Source of the DNA: a virus
Direction: 5' to 3' (one strand)
Length of the DNA stretch: 64,000 nt
Virus record (IMG/VR): IMGVR_UViG_3300014913_000006
The notes beneath the pieces were generated by a model. That model saw only the letters and a list, made by a program, of their open reading frames with translations, did not search any database and was not told the origin of the DNA. Position numbers and translations under genes: made by a program. Positions 39,180 through 47,915 of the stretch are shown here, one piece after another (the first letter of the stretch is position 1; every line of letters starts with the position of its first letter).

Positions 39180-39435
39180 TCGGGCCTCGCACCCGTTCGG
39201 CGGTCACTATTCCGGCGTTCACCGCTAACTACCGCGACATCGGTTTCGGCACAGTTTCTTGACCCGGAACAGCGTACAGTAGGTTGCCTTCGTTCGCATC
39301 TGACCCGGCAACGGCAGTGATGCTTACCCACCCGTAAGTGCTACTGTCCTCCGATTATCGCTGTCCACGACGGCCTCATGCTCTCTCTTGTGTCGCCAAG
39401 AGTTAGATTCATGTCCGGGAACCAGTCCCGGCTAC
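39180..39435 (-). ncRNA. Candidate structured ncRNA
   Basis: Several nested helices and no convincing ORF. Confidence 0.4.
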
Positions 39436-39597
39436 TCTCTTCTTTGCCGGATACTCGTTCATATATAACCTCTGTGCATTACAGCAGTCGTCACACCTAC
39501 ATACCCAATGTGATCGATAACCACCACGATTTTCTGATCGTTCAACAACGAGCAGTTTTCCGAAACGAATATTAGTAAGATCGATAAAGCTAGACAT
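39409..39597 (-). pseudogene. N-terminal fragment of an AP2/HNH-type endonuclease
   Basis: FIDLTNIRFGKLLVVER...WVCRCD, then truncated. Confidence 0.7.
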
Positions 39598-39599
39598 TG

Positions 39600-39917
39600 T
39601 TACTCTGCGTCTCCTGCATTCCCTTCTCTTCGTCTCGACGGCAATACGCTCGGGTTGGGCGATGGAAATTTCGGCTGGCCCGTTGGAGGCGGCGATATCG
39701 GCGGTAGCTCAAACGGCTCTGGCCGATCCGCATCAAGCTCTAGGTCTTCCGGTAATCGCTTCGGAAGTATGGTGACTGGCGGTGATTGGATTCGTTCGAT
39801 CTCGTTGAGTAGAAACTGCACCACACCACACAACTCGCTGACCAACACCTTCGGGTGCTTGGTTGCTGTAGACCGACTAATGTCGGCAACTTTCGCTTTT
39901 GCTTGTTCGAGATTCAT
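39600..39917 (-). CDS. Hypothetical protein with Pro-rich tail
   Basis: SD GGAG; downstream of a class II promoter. Confidence 0.55.
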   Translation of the reverse strand: MNLEQAKAKVADISRSTATKHPKVLVSELCGVVQFLLNEIERIQSPPVTILPKRLPEDLELDADRPEPFELPPISPPPTGQPKFPSPNPSVLPSRRREGNAGDAE

Positions 39918-39962
39918 CTCTTTTTCTCCAAGGCCCAAAACTGAACTTATCTGCTACATACC

Positions 39963-39991
39963 ATTATACATGCAACTCAGGAGATTGTTCC
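39963..39991 (-). promoter_or_regulatory. Class II promoter GGAAC-N17-GTATAAT
   Basis: Motif copy. Confidence 0.7.
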
Positions 39992-40013
39992 CGAAAAAAC
40001 AGAAAATCATATT

Positions 40014-40154
40014 TTATTTTTTATTTTGGCGTGAATACATCAAAGCCCTTTTGATCGACCATCCATTGTTCAATCTCCATATTATAAGACTTGCAGCTAT
40101 TCCGGTTTCTTCTGGCCAAGCAGCAATACACTTAGTTTGCCCATTTAACGTTCC
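40014..40154 (-). pseudogene. C-terminal HTH remnant of an HNH/AP2 endonuclease
   Basis: Startless TLNGQTKCIAAWPEETGI...WRLNNGWSIKRAL. Confidence 0.65.
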
Positions 40155-40472
40155 CTACAACAGATACAAATACAATAACCACCAACCGACAAGAATCACA
40201 CATCCGACAATTCCAAATACTGAAACGGCGACCCTCCAGGGCCGCTTCTTGTGCCGCAACACCCAACCCATGGTGGTGCAAGACAGCAAAGTGATAGTCA
40301 GCTTGAATACGACCAAGCCGCCGTCTCCGAAATTCTCCCAGACATGCAGGGCTATGGGATTCGCTTCCTGGAAATCACTGCATGTTCGGTCGAAGTACAG
40401 TGTCGTTCCGAGATCACCACACGACACAAGGAACACGATAGTCGGCATGATTATGCGCCACCATTTGGCCAT
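40155..40472 (-). CDS. DUF5658-like membrane protein
   Basis: D..TT.......EANP......G...LVVFK with three TM segments. Confidence 0.7.
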   Translation of the reverse strand: MAKWWRIIMPTIVFLVSCGDLGTTLYFDRTCSDFQEANPIALHVWENFGDGGLVVFKLTITLLSCTTMGWVLRHKKRPWRVAVSVFGIVGCVILVGWWLLYLYLL

Positions 40473-40594
40473 GTATTCTCCAATAGAAAAGCGGGGGCCA
40501 TGTTGCAGGCCCCCGGTCACTAAGGTAGCGAACGACGCGCAAGGATGGCATACTTTGACGCCTGCCCACCGTTCCGTTCATAGGTATTATACAC

Positions 40595-40972
40595 CTACGA
40601 CCTCACTTTTGCTTTGGATTCCTTCAGAATTTGGTTTCTTGTTTTTGCTCTTGGCATGGTTCGCCGGGACTGAGAGCCAATATGGATGGTCCTATGGCGT
40701 GGCGCAACAGCAGCTTTTGGCTTGGGCGAAGCCTTCTTTGTCGCAACCTTCGGGGCTTGGACAACGATGATGATCTGGCGTGGAGGATGCGGTATGTGGC
40801 TGTATCGTCTACTGTATCGCTTTAACCGGTAAGGGCGGCAGTGCGGATTGTGATGCCCCATATTTACATGGACTGTTCGCTTTGGTTTGCTGCTGGGACC
40901 ACGAAGTTTCTGGGTTCCGCCATATGGTGCGATTGTCAAGAAAAATGAAAGCAATACAACCGTTATGTTCAT
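40595..40972 (-). CDS. Basic hypothetical protein with signal peptide
   Basis: SD GGAGG; hydrophobic N-terminus. Confidence 0.5.
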   Translation of the reverse strand: MNITVVLLSFFLTIAPYGGTQKLRGPSSKPKRTVHVNMGHHNPHCRPYRLKRYSRRYSHIPHPPRQIIIVVQAPKVATKKASPKPKAAVAPRHRTIHIGSQSRRTMPRAKTRNQILKESKAKVRS

Positions 40973-40973
40973 C

Positions 40974-41702
40974 TCAACCTCCAGTCAGATATTTTTTCAT
41001 ATTGCAGTTAAAACATAATACTTGAAATCCTTCAGGATAATTATTTTTGACCAACCAGCGATATAGGGTCGTCCCTTGTCTGAGAAGCTGGTTTCGATGT
41101 CGCGTTCCACCACCATCTATGTGGTCGATAGATAACACAGCCATATCCATCGCATCGCAAAGCTTACATTTCCCACCATAATGCTGAAGAACTGTTAGTT
41201 TCTGTTTAATTCTATTATCCTTACCGACAATCGCATTTTTCTTTTTACAGACCAAACATAAAGTCTCATTTTCGATTGGTGGATACTTACGGCAATGGAC
41301 ACATAATCCATCATTTTTAACTTTGTGATAGTGTGCTTTATTTTTACTTTTCATGTATTCTGTGCAAGTATCGCAATGCACAGAAAAGTTATCGGTGGGC
41401 TTACTACATCTGACACATACTCCAGAGGATCGCCTTTGATAATAAATATCCATCTTTGCCGCATTATATTGATCCTTATTGTCATCAACGCAAATGGAAC
41501 ACTGTGTTTTCCCTGGTCGTGGTGGTCTTTGGCCGCATCTAACACAAACATTTTTATTCTTTCGACGTTCTCTCTTCTTTTTTTCTTTCAATCTAGTTTC
41601 TTCAAGATGTCGAACGCACATTTTTCTGTCTGGGACAACAGGTCCACCACATCTGGTACAGAGTTTATTGTCTATCCGATATTGTACGGTTTCCTTTTTC
41701 AT
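40974..41702 (-). CDS. HNH endonuclease with four Cys-rich (CxxC..C) repeats
   Basis: CTRC/CVRC/CVRC/CVHC repeats; LSIDHIDGGG...FQVLCFNCN; AT-rich. Confidence 0.85.
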   Translation of the reverse strand: MKKETVQYRIDNKLCTRCGGPVVPDRKMCVRHLEETRLKEKKKRERRKNKNVCVRCGQRPPRPGKTQCSICVDDNKDQYNAAKMDIYYQRRSSGVCVRCSKPTDNFSVHCDTCTEYMKSKNKAHYHKVKNDGLCVHCRKYPPIENETLCLVCKKKNAIVGKDNRIKQKLTVLQHYGGKCKLCDAMDMAVLSIDHIDGGGTRHRNQLLRQGTTLYRWLVKNNYPEGFQVLCFNCNMKKYLTGG

Positions 41703-41722
41703 ACATCAATTCCTCCAATGTT

Positions 41723-41751
41723 ATTATACGTACAACTCAAGAGTTTGTTGC
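41723..41751 (-). promoter_or_regulatory. Class II promoter GCAAC-N17-GTATAAT
   Basis: Motif copy. Confidence 0.7.
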
Positions 41752-41760
41752 ACGAAAAAT

Positions 41761-41793
41761 AAAAAAAATCGGGTGATTTCCATCACCCGATTT
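41761..41793 (-). terminator. Terminator after the tail tube gene
   Basis: AAATCGGGTGAT/ATCACCCGATTT perfect stem + T-run. Confidence 0.85.
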
Positions 41794-41816
41794 ATTTCTG
41801 ATGTATTTAATGTTTG

Positions 41817-42914
41817 TTAAAGTGTCAATCCGGCAGGGTCTTGTGTATGAATTACAGTAAGACTGTTAAAGTTGCTATAGTTGAAAGTCACAACAACATT
41901 GCCACCACCAGCATCTCCACCGCCGTAAGTCACCGACGCCAACTTGTTCTTGGCACCAAGATTGATCCGAGTACCTTCCTCAACCCAGACGAAAATCTTC
42001 TGGTCGGTGATGTTGCTACCACCCACAGGATCGGCCAGGGCGTCAATCAAGTCACCCTCAGACGATGTAGTATCGATAGAACAGGTCACCTCAGTTGGGA
42101 ACGATACGAACCGATGGTACGGACCACGCCGACCAAGCTCAAACAGTTCCTCACGACCCAGGTCACTCGCAATAGTGACGGTCTGGAGGTGAGCGCTGTA
42201 AGAACCTGCCGATTCTAGGTTCCACCCATTTGCATCGATGCCGTCGATCTCTGTCGGCCACAAACTGCCGCTCGTACCCGTAATGACACCAGCACCGTTC
42301 ATCGTTACGCCAGACCCCATCAGGATGTTCTCCCGCTGTGCAACGCCACCAGATGCAGCAAGAGACAGGGGCTCATCAGAACCGTCGAATACGGACGGGG
42401 CAAAGTGAGTCAATCCGCTCGCTACCCATTCCTTGTTGTTTCCGACGATCGTAACATCTTCTGTCGAACTGCCTTCGACGTTCAGCGTGTATGTCAACGC
42501 CGAAACGTACATTCCAGACATACCCACCGATTGCAGCGGTGTACCCGATGCGTTGTCAAACGTATCTGGGTAGATGTTGAGGGCCGCGAAGCAGCGTTCG
42601 TTGGAACGTCCAACCAACGTCGCCGACGTAGCTGCTGGCGTAGCAAGGTGATACAGCAACGGATAACCGTCGAGCACCTTCTGAGCCGTTAGCTCGATAT
42701 CAGGAATACCCTCGATATTCTCGTAAAGCTCCAACTGACCTAGTTCGAACACCTGCTCAAGATTGAACGTAGTATTCAAACCCACACTCTGCACACCATG
42801 TGCAGTCCTAAATCCAGACGGCTCGAACAAACTGGTAGCACCAGACCCGGTTACCTCGTGCTCAGCGAACCCAAGCGCCTGAATGGCGTAGAAGATGCGC
42901 GCGTTATTGGACAT
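41817..42914 (-). CDS. Major tail (tube) protein
   Basis: Own promoter and strong terminator; duplicated EQVFELGQ / EELFELGR halves; follows the neck genes. Confidence 0.7.
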   Translation of the reverse strand: MSNNARIFYAIQALGFAEHEVTGSGATSLFEPSGFRTAHGVQSVGLNTTFNLEQVFELGQLELYENIEGIPDIELTAQKVLDGYPLLYHLATPAATSATLVGRSNERCFAALNIYPDTFDNASGTPLQSVGMSGMYVSALTYTLNVEGSSTEDVTIVGNNKEWVASGLTHFAPSVFDGSDEPLSLAASGGVAQRENILMGSGVTMNGAGVITGTSGSLWPTEIDGIDANGWNLESAGSYSAHLQTVTIASDLGREELFELGRRGPYHRFVSFPTEVTCSIDTTSSEGDLIDALADPVGGSNITDQKIFVWVEEGTRINLGAKNKLASVTYGGGDAGGGNVVVTFNYSNFNSLTVIHTQDPAGLTL

Positions 42915-42970
42915 TATGTTATCACCCTAACCTTTCTTTTTTGGACTACCCAAGTAACTATCCACAACAG

Positions 42971-42981
42971 TATTATACACC
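42971..42981 (-). promoter_or_regulatory. Class I promoter GGTGTATAATA
   Basis: Exact copy; contains the LAGLIDADG stop codon. Confidence 0.7.
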
Positions 42982-43752
42982 ATAAATCAAAAATTTCTTT
43001 CGGTCCAAAGCAATATGACTATCCCTATAAAGAGTGCCAAAAATATATCGTACATACATTGCAGAATAATTAATTTCCCAACAACATTCGGTTTTTTGAT
43101 GTGGATTCACTTTTGAAACAACATGCGGTATTGAACAAACAAATTCGTTGAAACCCGATACAATATCGAAGGTTCCACACAAACCTACTAGATTATGATT
43201 TACCCACCCATCCCCATCAATCATTCCTCGCCAAAAATGTCGATTATTTTTAAGCTGTTCTGGCACTTTAGCGATTTTGCTTTTTCGAGGGACAATACCG
43301 TGTTCGGCAAGTTTCTCAACAATTCGATTAGAATAAAAACTGACAAAAACTCCACCTTTATTATAATACAAAGACTTATCCGAACCAATAAATTTCTTAA
43401 ATTTCTCTAGATGCTCCCAATCCTTTTCAGCCAATCCAATATTAAGTTGTTTCGATCTTTTGGGTGGGTAATACACATTTCCGTCAGCGAGCAAAAATCC
43501 AATCCAATAAGCACTCTCTTCTGTAATGGTGTCAAAAACATCTTCTTTAATCTGATTAGTTCTTTTAGCGTTACTGCGATTTCTTACGAAAACATCCCGT
43601 CTTTTTAATAAAGATGTGATTGTAACATCAGCAACTCCATATTCAAATCCCAATTGCCTAGCCGACGTTCCTCCTTCATACTTTCCAACTATTTCCTTCG
43701 CAATAGCCTCTTCTGGATTCCATTGATCCGACCTTGCTTTTCTGTCCCGCAT
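42973..43752 (-). CDS. LAGLIDADG homing endonuclease with N-terminal HTH
   Basis: AYWIGFLLADG and HFWRGMIDGDG motifs. Confidence 0.9.
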   Translation of the reverse strand: MRDRKARSDQWNPEEAIAKEIVGKYEGGTSARQLGFEYGVADVTITSLLKRRDVFVRNRSNAKRTNQIKEDVFDTITEESAYWIGFLLADGNVYYPPKRSKQLNIGLAEKDWEHLEKFKKFIGSDKSLYYNKGGVFVSFYSNRIVEKLAEHGIVPRKSKIAKVPEQLKNNRHFWRGMIDGDGWVNHNLVGLCGTFDIVSGFNEFVCSIPHVVSKVNPHQKTECCWEINYSAMYVRYIFGTLYRDSHIALDRKKFLIYGV

Positions 43753-43821
43753 AAGCTTCACCTCCCTGTATAACTTATACACCAATTCTATGCAATTCAG
43801 GCCCTAAATCTAACCAAAATA

Positions 43822-44751
43822 TTAAATGCCTGCCATATCTACTTCCACTTCCCAGGTCACACGAGCCCTAAACAACTGAGAATTTAATGAGTTGATTGTC
43901 GCTGGAGTGCTGTCTATGACCCTCAAACGCTTCCACGGATGGGCAGACACCATATTCGGCCAATTCGTCACGCCATCCACGATATCCCCATGTTCGTCGA
44001 ACGGGAATGTGATATTGTTCAGATCAGCCATCCAGAACGTGCTGCGACTCTGGTAATCCACCCAGTCCATCAACAGGTTCCGGTCCGCTGGATTGTCTGC
44101 GAAAATGTGAAAAGTCACGTACCTTGTTTTTATCTGCCCGCCCCCAAGTTGCCAGCCACGCTGCTTGCCTGTCCCGACCTCGATGAAGATGCTAGGTAGC
44201 CAAATCTGGTGTTCCCTTGCAGGGGTGCCAGACGTAGAAGAGTCGGTCAAGAATTCCTCGACAGCGTTCAGCATCAGATTGCGGAAATCTGTGTCGTCTG
44301 CGAATCCAACGTGGACTGATCGACGGGTGTACTCGGCCCTGATATCGTCATCGGCGCTCTTCGGCTCATCGAATACGATCCGACCATTCAGGTAGTCGGT
44401 GTGATGCGCGTAGATACCTGCGGCATCGCTAGCGTAGAAGTCACCATCGATGTACACTCCCGAGACACGGAATGGATCGACGGCTCCGCTACCTAACGAA
44501 ACTCCACTCTCCCACACCCATTCGCGTCCTGCCCCTTCCCAGACACGACCTTGTTCGTACCTTTCATCAGGGACAACATGTAGTCGAGCCTCGTCGTCGT
44601 CATACCAGCTTTCAGAGTCGTATTCGTAGATGCTGTAGGCACCACGATTCAAGAGGCCCCAATCAAGGAACCACTTCAAATTGTACTGAAGCTGATCGGT
44701 CAACTCATAGCCGCCAAAACCTCCTTCGTTTGTTCCTTTGAAGTTAAGCAT
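43822..44751 (-). CDS. Putative tail terminator/neck protein
   Basis: LPSIFIE..QLGGG..VTFHIFA; just upstream of the tail tube gene. Confidence 0.55.
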   Translation of the reverse strand: MLNFKGTNEGGFGGYELTDQLQYNLKWFLDWGLLNRGAYSIYEYDSESWYDDDEARLHVVPDERYEQGRVWEGAGREWVWESGVSLGSGAVDPFRVSGVYIDGDFYASDAAGIYAHHTDYLNGRIVFDEPKSADDDIRAEYTRRSVHVGFADDTDFRNLMLNAVEEFLTDSSTSGTPAREHQIWLPSIFIEVGTGKQRGWQLGGGQIKTRYVTFHIFADNPADRNLLMDWVDYQSRSTFWMADLNNITFPFDEHGDIVDGVTNWPNMVSAHPWKRLRVIDSTPATINSLNSQLFRARVTWEVEVDMAGI

Positions 44752-45433
44752 ATTGCACCCCAACTTTCGAACCCTTTTTCAAATTACATGTAGGGCATAG
44801 TAGTGACAAATTTTCCAAATCAAACAAATCCAAAATCTCTTGTTTATTCGTTGCTGTCGATAATGGAGTAATGTGGTCGATATGAAACCCTACTTTTTCG
44901 TATGATTGACCACATTTCGGACATCTATCATCCTGGATACAACGAATGAACTCCAAATGATCCCGTAACTGTTGTGGTGAATACGGCAAATGTCTAAAAC
45001 AACCTTTATCTCGACCTAGAAATCCACGCAAATAGACACGTAATCTACTCGTATATCTACCCAATGGAGTTAATCTATATCGCCGCTGTTTGTCTCTGTC
45101 ATATTGTTGTCTTTTTTCTGTTTTGGGTTTGTGTTTATTTGACAGACGGACGCATTCTACGCATCCTGTAATTTTGCCCCTAGAGGTATAATGAGAATGC
45201 AGACCATGTAATTTACATTTGGCCAATACTTTTAGGCCATCTAATTGATCGATAGCCGCTTTTTGTGGTCTACCACTGGACGAAATACATGTAGAAATCC
45301 TCAGTCTGCTAGCTTTCTTTTTTATTGATTCGGCAGATCGATCCATAATGTCACAACAGTATTGAGCACCCTTTTGAGGATAATGTTTCCGAATCAAATT
45401 GCATTCATGGCGAGTCCAATGACGATTATTCAT
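44744..45433 (-). CDS. HNH homing endonuclease, family A copy 2
   Basis: WT..E...YP..G..C...DRS; RHLPYS..L.DHLE; HIDHITPL..NLSLLCPTCN. Confidence 0.85.
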   Translation of the reverse strand: MNNRHWTRHECNLIRKHYPQKGAQYCCDIMDRSAESIKKKASRLRISTCISSSGRPQKAAIDQLDGLKVLAKCKLHGLHSHYTSRGKITGCVECVRLSNKHKPKTEKRQQYDRDKQRRYRLTPLGRYTSRLRVYLRGFLGRDKGCFRHLPYSPQQLRDHLEFIRCIQDDRCPKCGQSYEKVGFHIDHITPLSTATNKQEILDLFDLENLSLLCPTCNLKKGSKVGVQYA

Positions 45434-46131
45434 TATCTCACCTTCTTCATCAGTATTGTCGCAGCTTCCACAGCAACGTTTGGTTGTCTCAGTGCGTATT
45501 CAATAAAGTTCTGGCCACCTTGTCCAGATATGATACTCGGTAACACATAACCTCCGCTGCCACCCAATGCCTTCAAGGACACCATAATTGCTCGCCCACT
45601 ACGAGATACCTTCTGTATCCTCACGTCGAACTTCTCGTCTTCCCCTTTGAACACAATATCATACGCTGCTTGACCAATATCGATACTTGGGTCTATCAGA
45701 AGCCATCTGGCTACTGGGATTGTGATATTGGATGGATGTGATACGTACTGAGCACCCGGCAGACCAAGGTAATCACTCCAGTTGTCTTCGACAGCTTGAA
45801 TCTTGATTGACACAGAATCTCCAGCACCACGACTCAGAATATGGACGGACGACTGTATTAGCTTTGCCATTCCATCAGCCAAAGCGTGTGCTGTGCCGTC
45901 ATCCAGTCCAAGGTGTGCTGGCAAATCATTCGCCCCTTGTCCCCTAAGAGCTTTTGCTACGTCTGTGTTGTCGAAAGTCTTAACCAGCATTGTACCTATC
46001 TCTTTACTAACACTAGACGCTCTGGCCAAAACACGCCTTGCCCACAGTCTAGACCCTTCTTGTTTGACACCCTTTATCAGTTGGGCCATAGTCTTGGCGG
46101 TTGGTTGTACGACGAACCTTATCTTTGCCAT
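45433..46131 (-). CDS. Putative neck/tail completion protein
   Basis: Position in the head-tail module; SRSGRAIM. Confidence 0.5.
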   Translation of the reverse strand: MAKIRFVVQPTAKTMAQLIKGVKQEGSRLWARRVLARASSVSKEIGTMLVKTFDNTDVAKALRGQGANDLPAHLGLDDGTAHALADGMAKLIQSSVHILSRGAGDSVSIKIQAVEDNWSDYLGLPGAQYVSHPSNITIPVARWLLIDPSIDIGQAAYDIVFKGEDEKFDVRIQKVSRSGRAIMVSLKALGGSGGYVLPSIISGQGGQNFIEYALRQPNVAVEAATILMKKVR

Positions 46132-46132
46132 C

Positions 46133-47317
46133 TTAGATTCTCACCCCATCAGCATTCCAGCTTGTTGCGAACTTCGCAAAAGGACGCCCAATGACCAAAT
46201 CACAAGTACCAAATGTTGATCCAGTCCCTAACGGTGGGTCTAGATCAACGACAACGGCTTTTCCGTAATTGCTATCGTCCGTATCTTCGTAAGCCACCAT
46301 GCAATAACGATCGTTGAAAAGTTGGGCCTTGTGTACGAATGCCGTACCGCCACCATGTATGACAAGTGGGCTGTCGGGGAACGAGAACACTGTTCCACTC
46401 ACCGTACCCTGCAAGATTTTCAACTTGGAGGCGTCGTCTGTATCGATATACACAATGTCGATGTTGTTGTCGCCGTACACGACAGAGCTAACGCATTTGA
46501 CAGTTCCGCTATTCCATATTTGAATATCCCCATAAGCGGCTGTATCACCACTTCTTGAAGCATGAACGATTTGTCCAGTATAGCCGTCGTCCTGATCGAC
46601 AAAAGTGACTACGAACTCTTCTGCGTCGTGAAGCGGTGTTACGTTGAGATAATAGGGATCAACCGGACTGGCGACAAAGTTGCTCTCAGTCTTGTTTGTC
46701 ATCGAATCGCCAACAACTGTCATGTTTCTAGTTTTGCCTTCCGGTGTATTCTTTCTAGCAAAGATTAAAACCCGTCCACTATCACAAACGCCAATCGAAT
46801 GGAAAGCATAGCTTCCCCAAAAAGTACGGAACCTAGCTGTCTGACTGTCTATTGTTGTCCCGGTCACATTCGTCACCCTGCTATACTCTCTTTGTGAACA
46901 GAAAATCCTAGAGCCAGATGTTAGGGTAGCTGGGTCACCATAGCAATCATCACCAGCTTGGGCGTATTGTTCTACGTCACCAAGCGAGACCGTTGTACCC
47001 GAGATAGAAGCCAAACCCAACCAGCCAAATGGGCCAGTATCATCGTTGAACTTAACACACACTTGGTCAGTATCGTATTGACATATACCCAATGCACTGT
47101 AATTGTCATTATTCTGATAGTTGCCACTTCTAACCAAAACACCACTGCCCAAAGTCAGATCAGTGCCATCTCTTGTTGCTGCCAATAGGTACACAGGGTA
47201 TCCGCTGTCATCCTTCTGATAGAAAACAGCACATGTATTTTCATCAACAGGCATAACCACTTGGCCACGAACGTCGCCAGTGCAGAATGTATGCTCTTCT
47301 CCAACAAGAATAGACAT
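46133..47317 (-). CDS. Beta-propeller-like virion protein
   Basis: ~50-aa repeats (V.Y.D.DD....G.....SGT....G) shared with 47916 and 49755. Confidence 0.6.
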   Translation of the reverse strand: MSILVGEEHTFCTGDVRGQVVMPVDENTCAVFYQKDDSGYPVYLLAATRDGTDLTLGSGVLVRSGNYQNNDNYSALGICQYDTDQVCVKFNDDTGPFGWLGLASISGTTVSLGDVEQYAQAGDDCYGDPATLTSGSRIFCSQREYSRVTNVTGTTIDSQTARFRTFWGSYAFHSIGVCDSGRVLIFARKNTPEGKTRNMTVVGDSMTNKTESNFVASPVDPYYLNVTPLHDAEEFVVTFVDQDDGYTGQIVHASRSGDTAAYGDIQIWNSGTVKCVSSVVYGDNNIDIVYIDTDDASKLKILQGTVSGTVFSFPDSPLVIHGGGTAFVHKAQLFNDRYCMVAYEDTDDSNYGKAVVVDLDPPLGTGSTFGTCDLVIGRPFAKFATSWNADGVRI

Positions 47318-47907
47318 TAGATCAACTCCCAAAAACTGATACAGTACCGATCTTCTCGCAACCCAACGGGGATCGGCCCCTGGACCAACTTCACCGTTAG
47401 CTTCATCTGACCAACGATATCGTGATTGACTATCACCGTCTTTGCCCTCGACAGATCATCCGCCTCGGTCAGATATGTCTTGAGCCGCACAATTCCACCA
47501 ACCTTGGAAACAGCGATGCCGAAATTCTTGGCATCTTCTGGATTCCACTTGATAAGACACTTGATACACTTGTTGACTGGTGTCTCGGTGAAACCACGCC
47601 CCTTGCAATACGGACACTTTCGACCACGAGCGAACGGTCTCGGTCCACCTGCTTTATACACCCCTGTCGAACGCTTACGCATAGTGTCGTATTCACAGTT
47701 TGGGCACGGCTCACGAATCGGATTGAACTCCAAGTAGACGTTTTTCCCAAGCTGATTGATCAAGGCGTCGATCCTCTGCTGATAGATGGTAATCAGCGAG
47801 TCTTTAATCTGTATCGACGCGGTGGGATCGAGCGTAGGACAAGCAAGCGATGGCTTCGGCTCGTAGCCATTGATGAAGAATCCAAGATTTCCACTTTCAC
47901 TTGTCAT
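47317..47907 (-). CDS. Putative head closure/stopper protein with zinc-binding motifs
   Basis: CPNC...CPYC.GRG; PIPVGL....Y....W. Confidence 0.55.
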   Translation of the reverse strand: MTSESGNLGFFINGYEPKPSLACPTLDPTASIQIKDSLITIYQQRIDALINQLGKNVYLEFNPIREPCPNCEYDTMRKRSTGVYKAGGPRPFARGRKCPYCKGRGFTETPVNKCIKCLIKWNPEDAKNFGIAVSKVGGIVRLKTYLTEADDLSRAKTVIVNHDIVGQMKLTVKLVQGPIPVGLREDRYCISFWELI

Positions 47908-47915
47908 GACTACTC

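Noticed and set aside
39180-39445. RNase P RNA or tmRNA
   Set aside because: No GAGGAAAGTCC P4 signature with its 3' partner; the ANEGNLLYAV frame has no stop after it and no Ala acceptor ends are present.
39655-40770. 371-aa + strand ORF and other long antisense ORFs (27189-28022, 53988-54872, 58831-59679)
   Set aside because: They are shadows of - strand genes, with no SD, motifs or + strand promoter context.
47653-47662. GGTGTATAAA inside the head-closure gene as a promoter
   Set aside because: It lies mid-CDS, about 340 nt from the next start, and is explained by the codons for G-V-Y-K.
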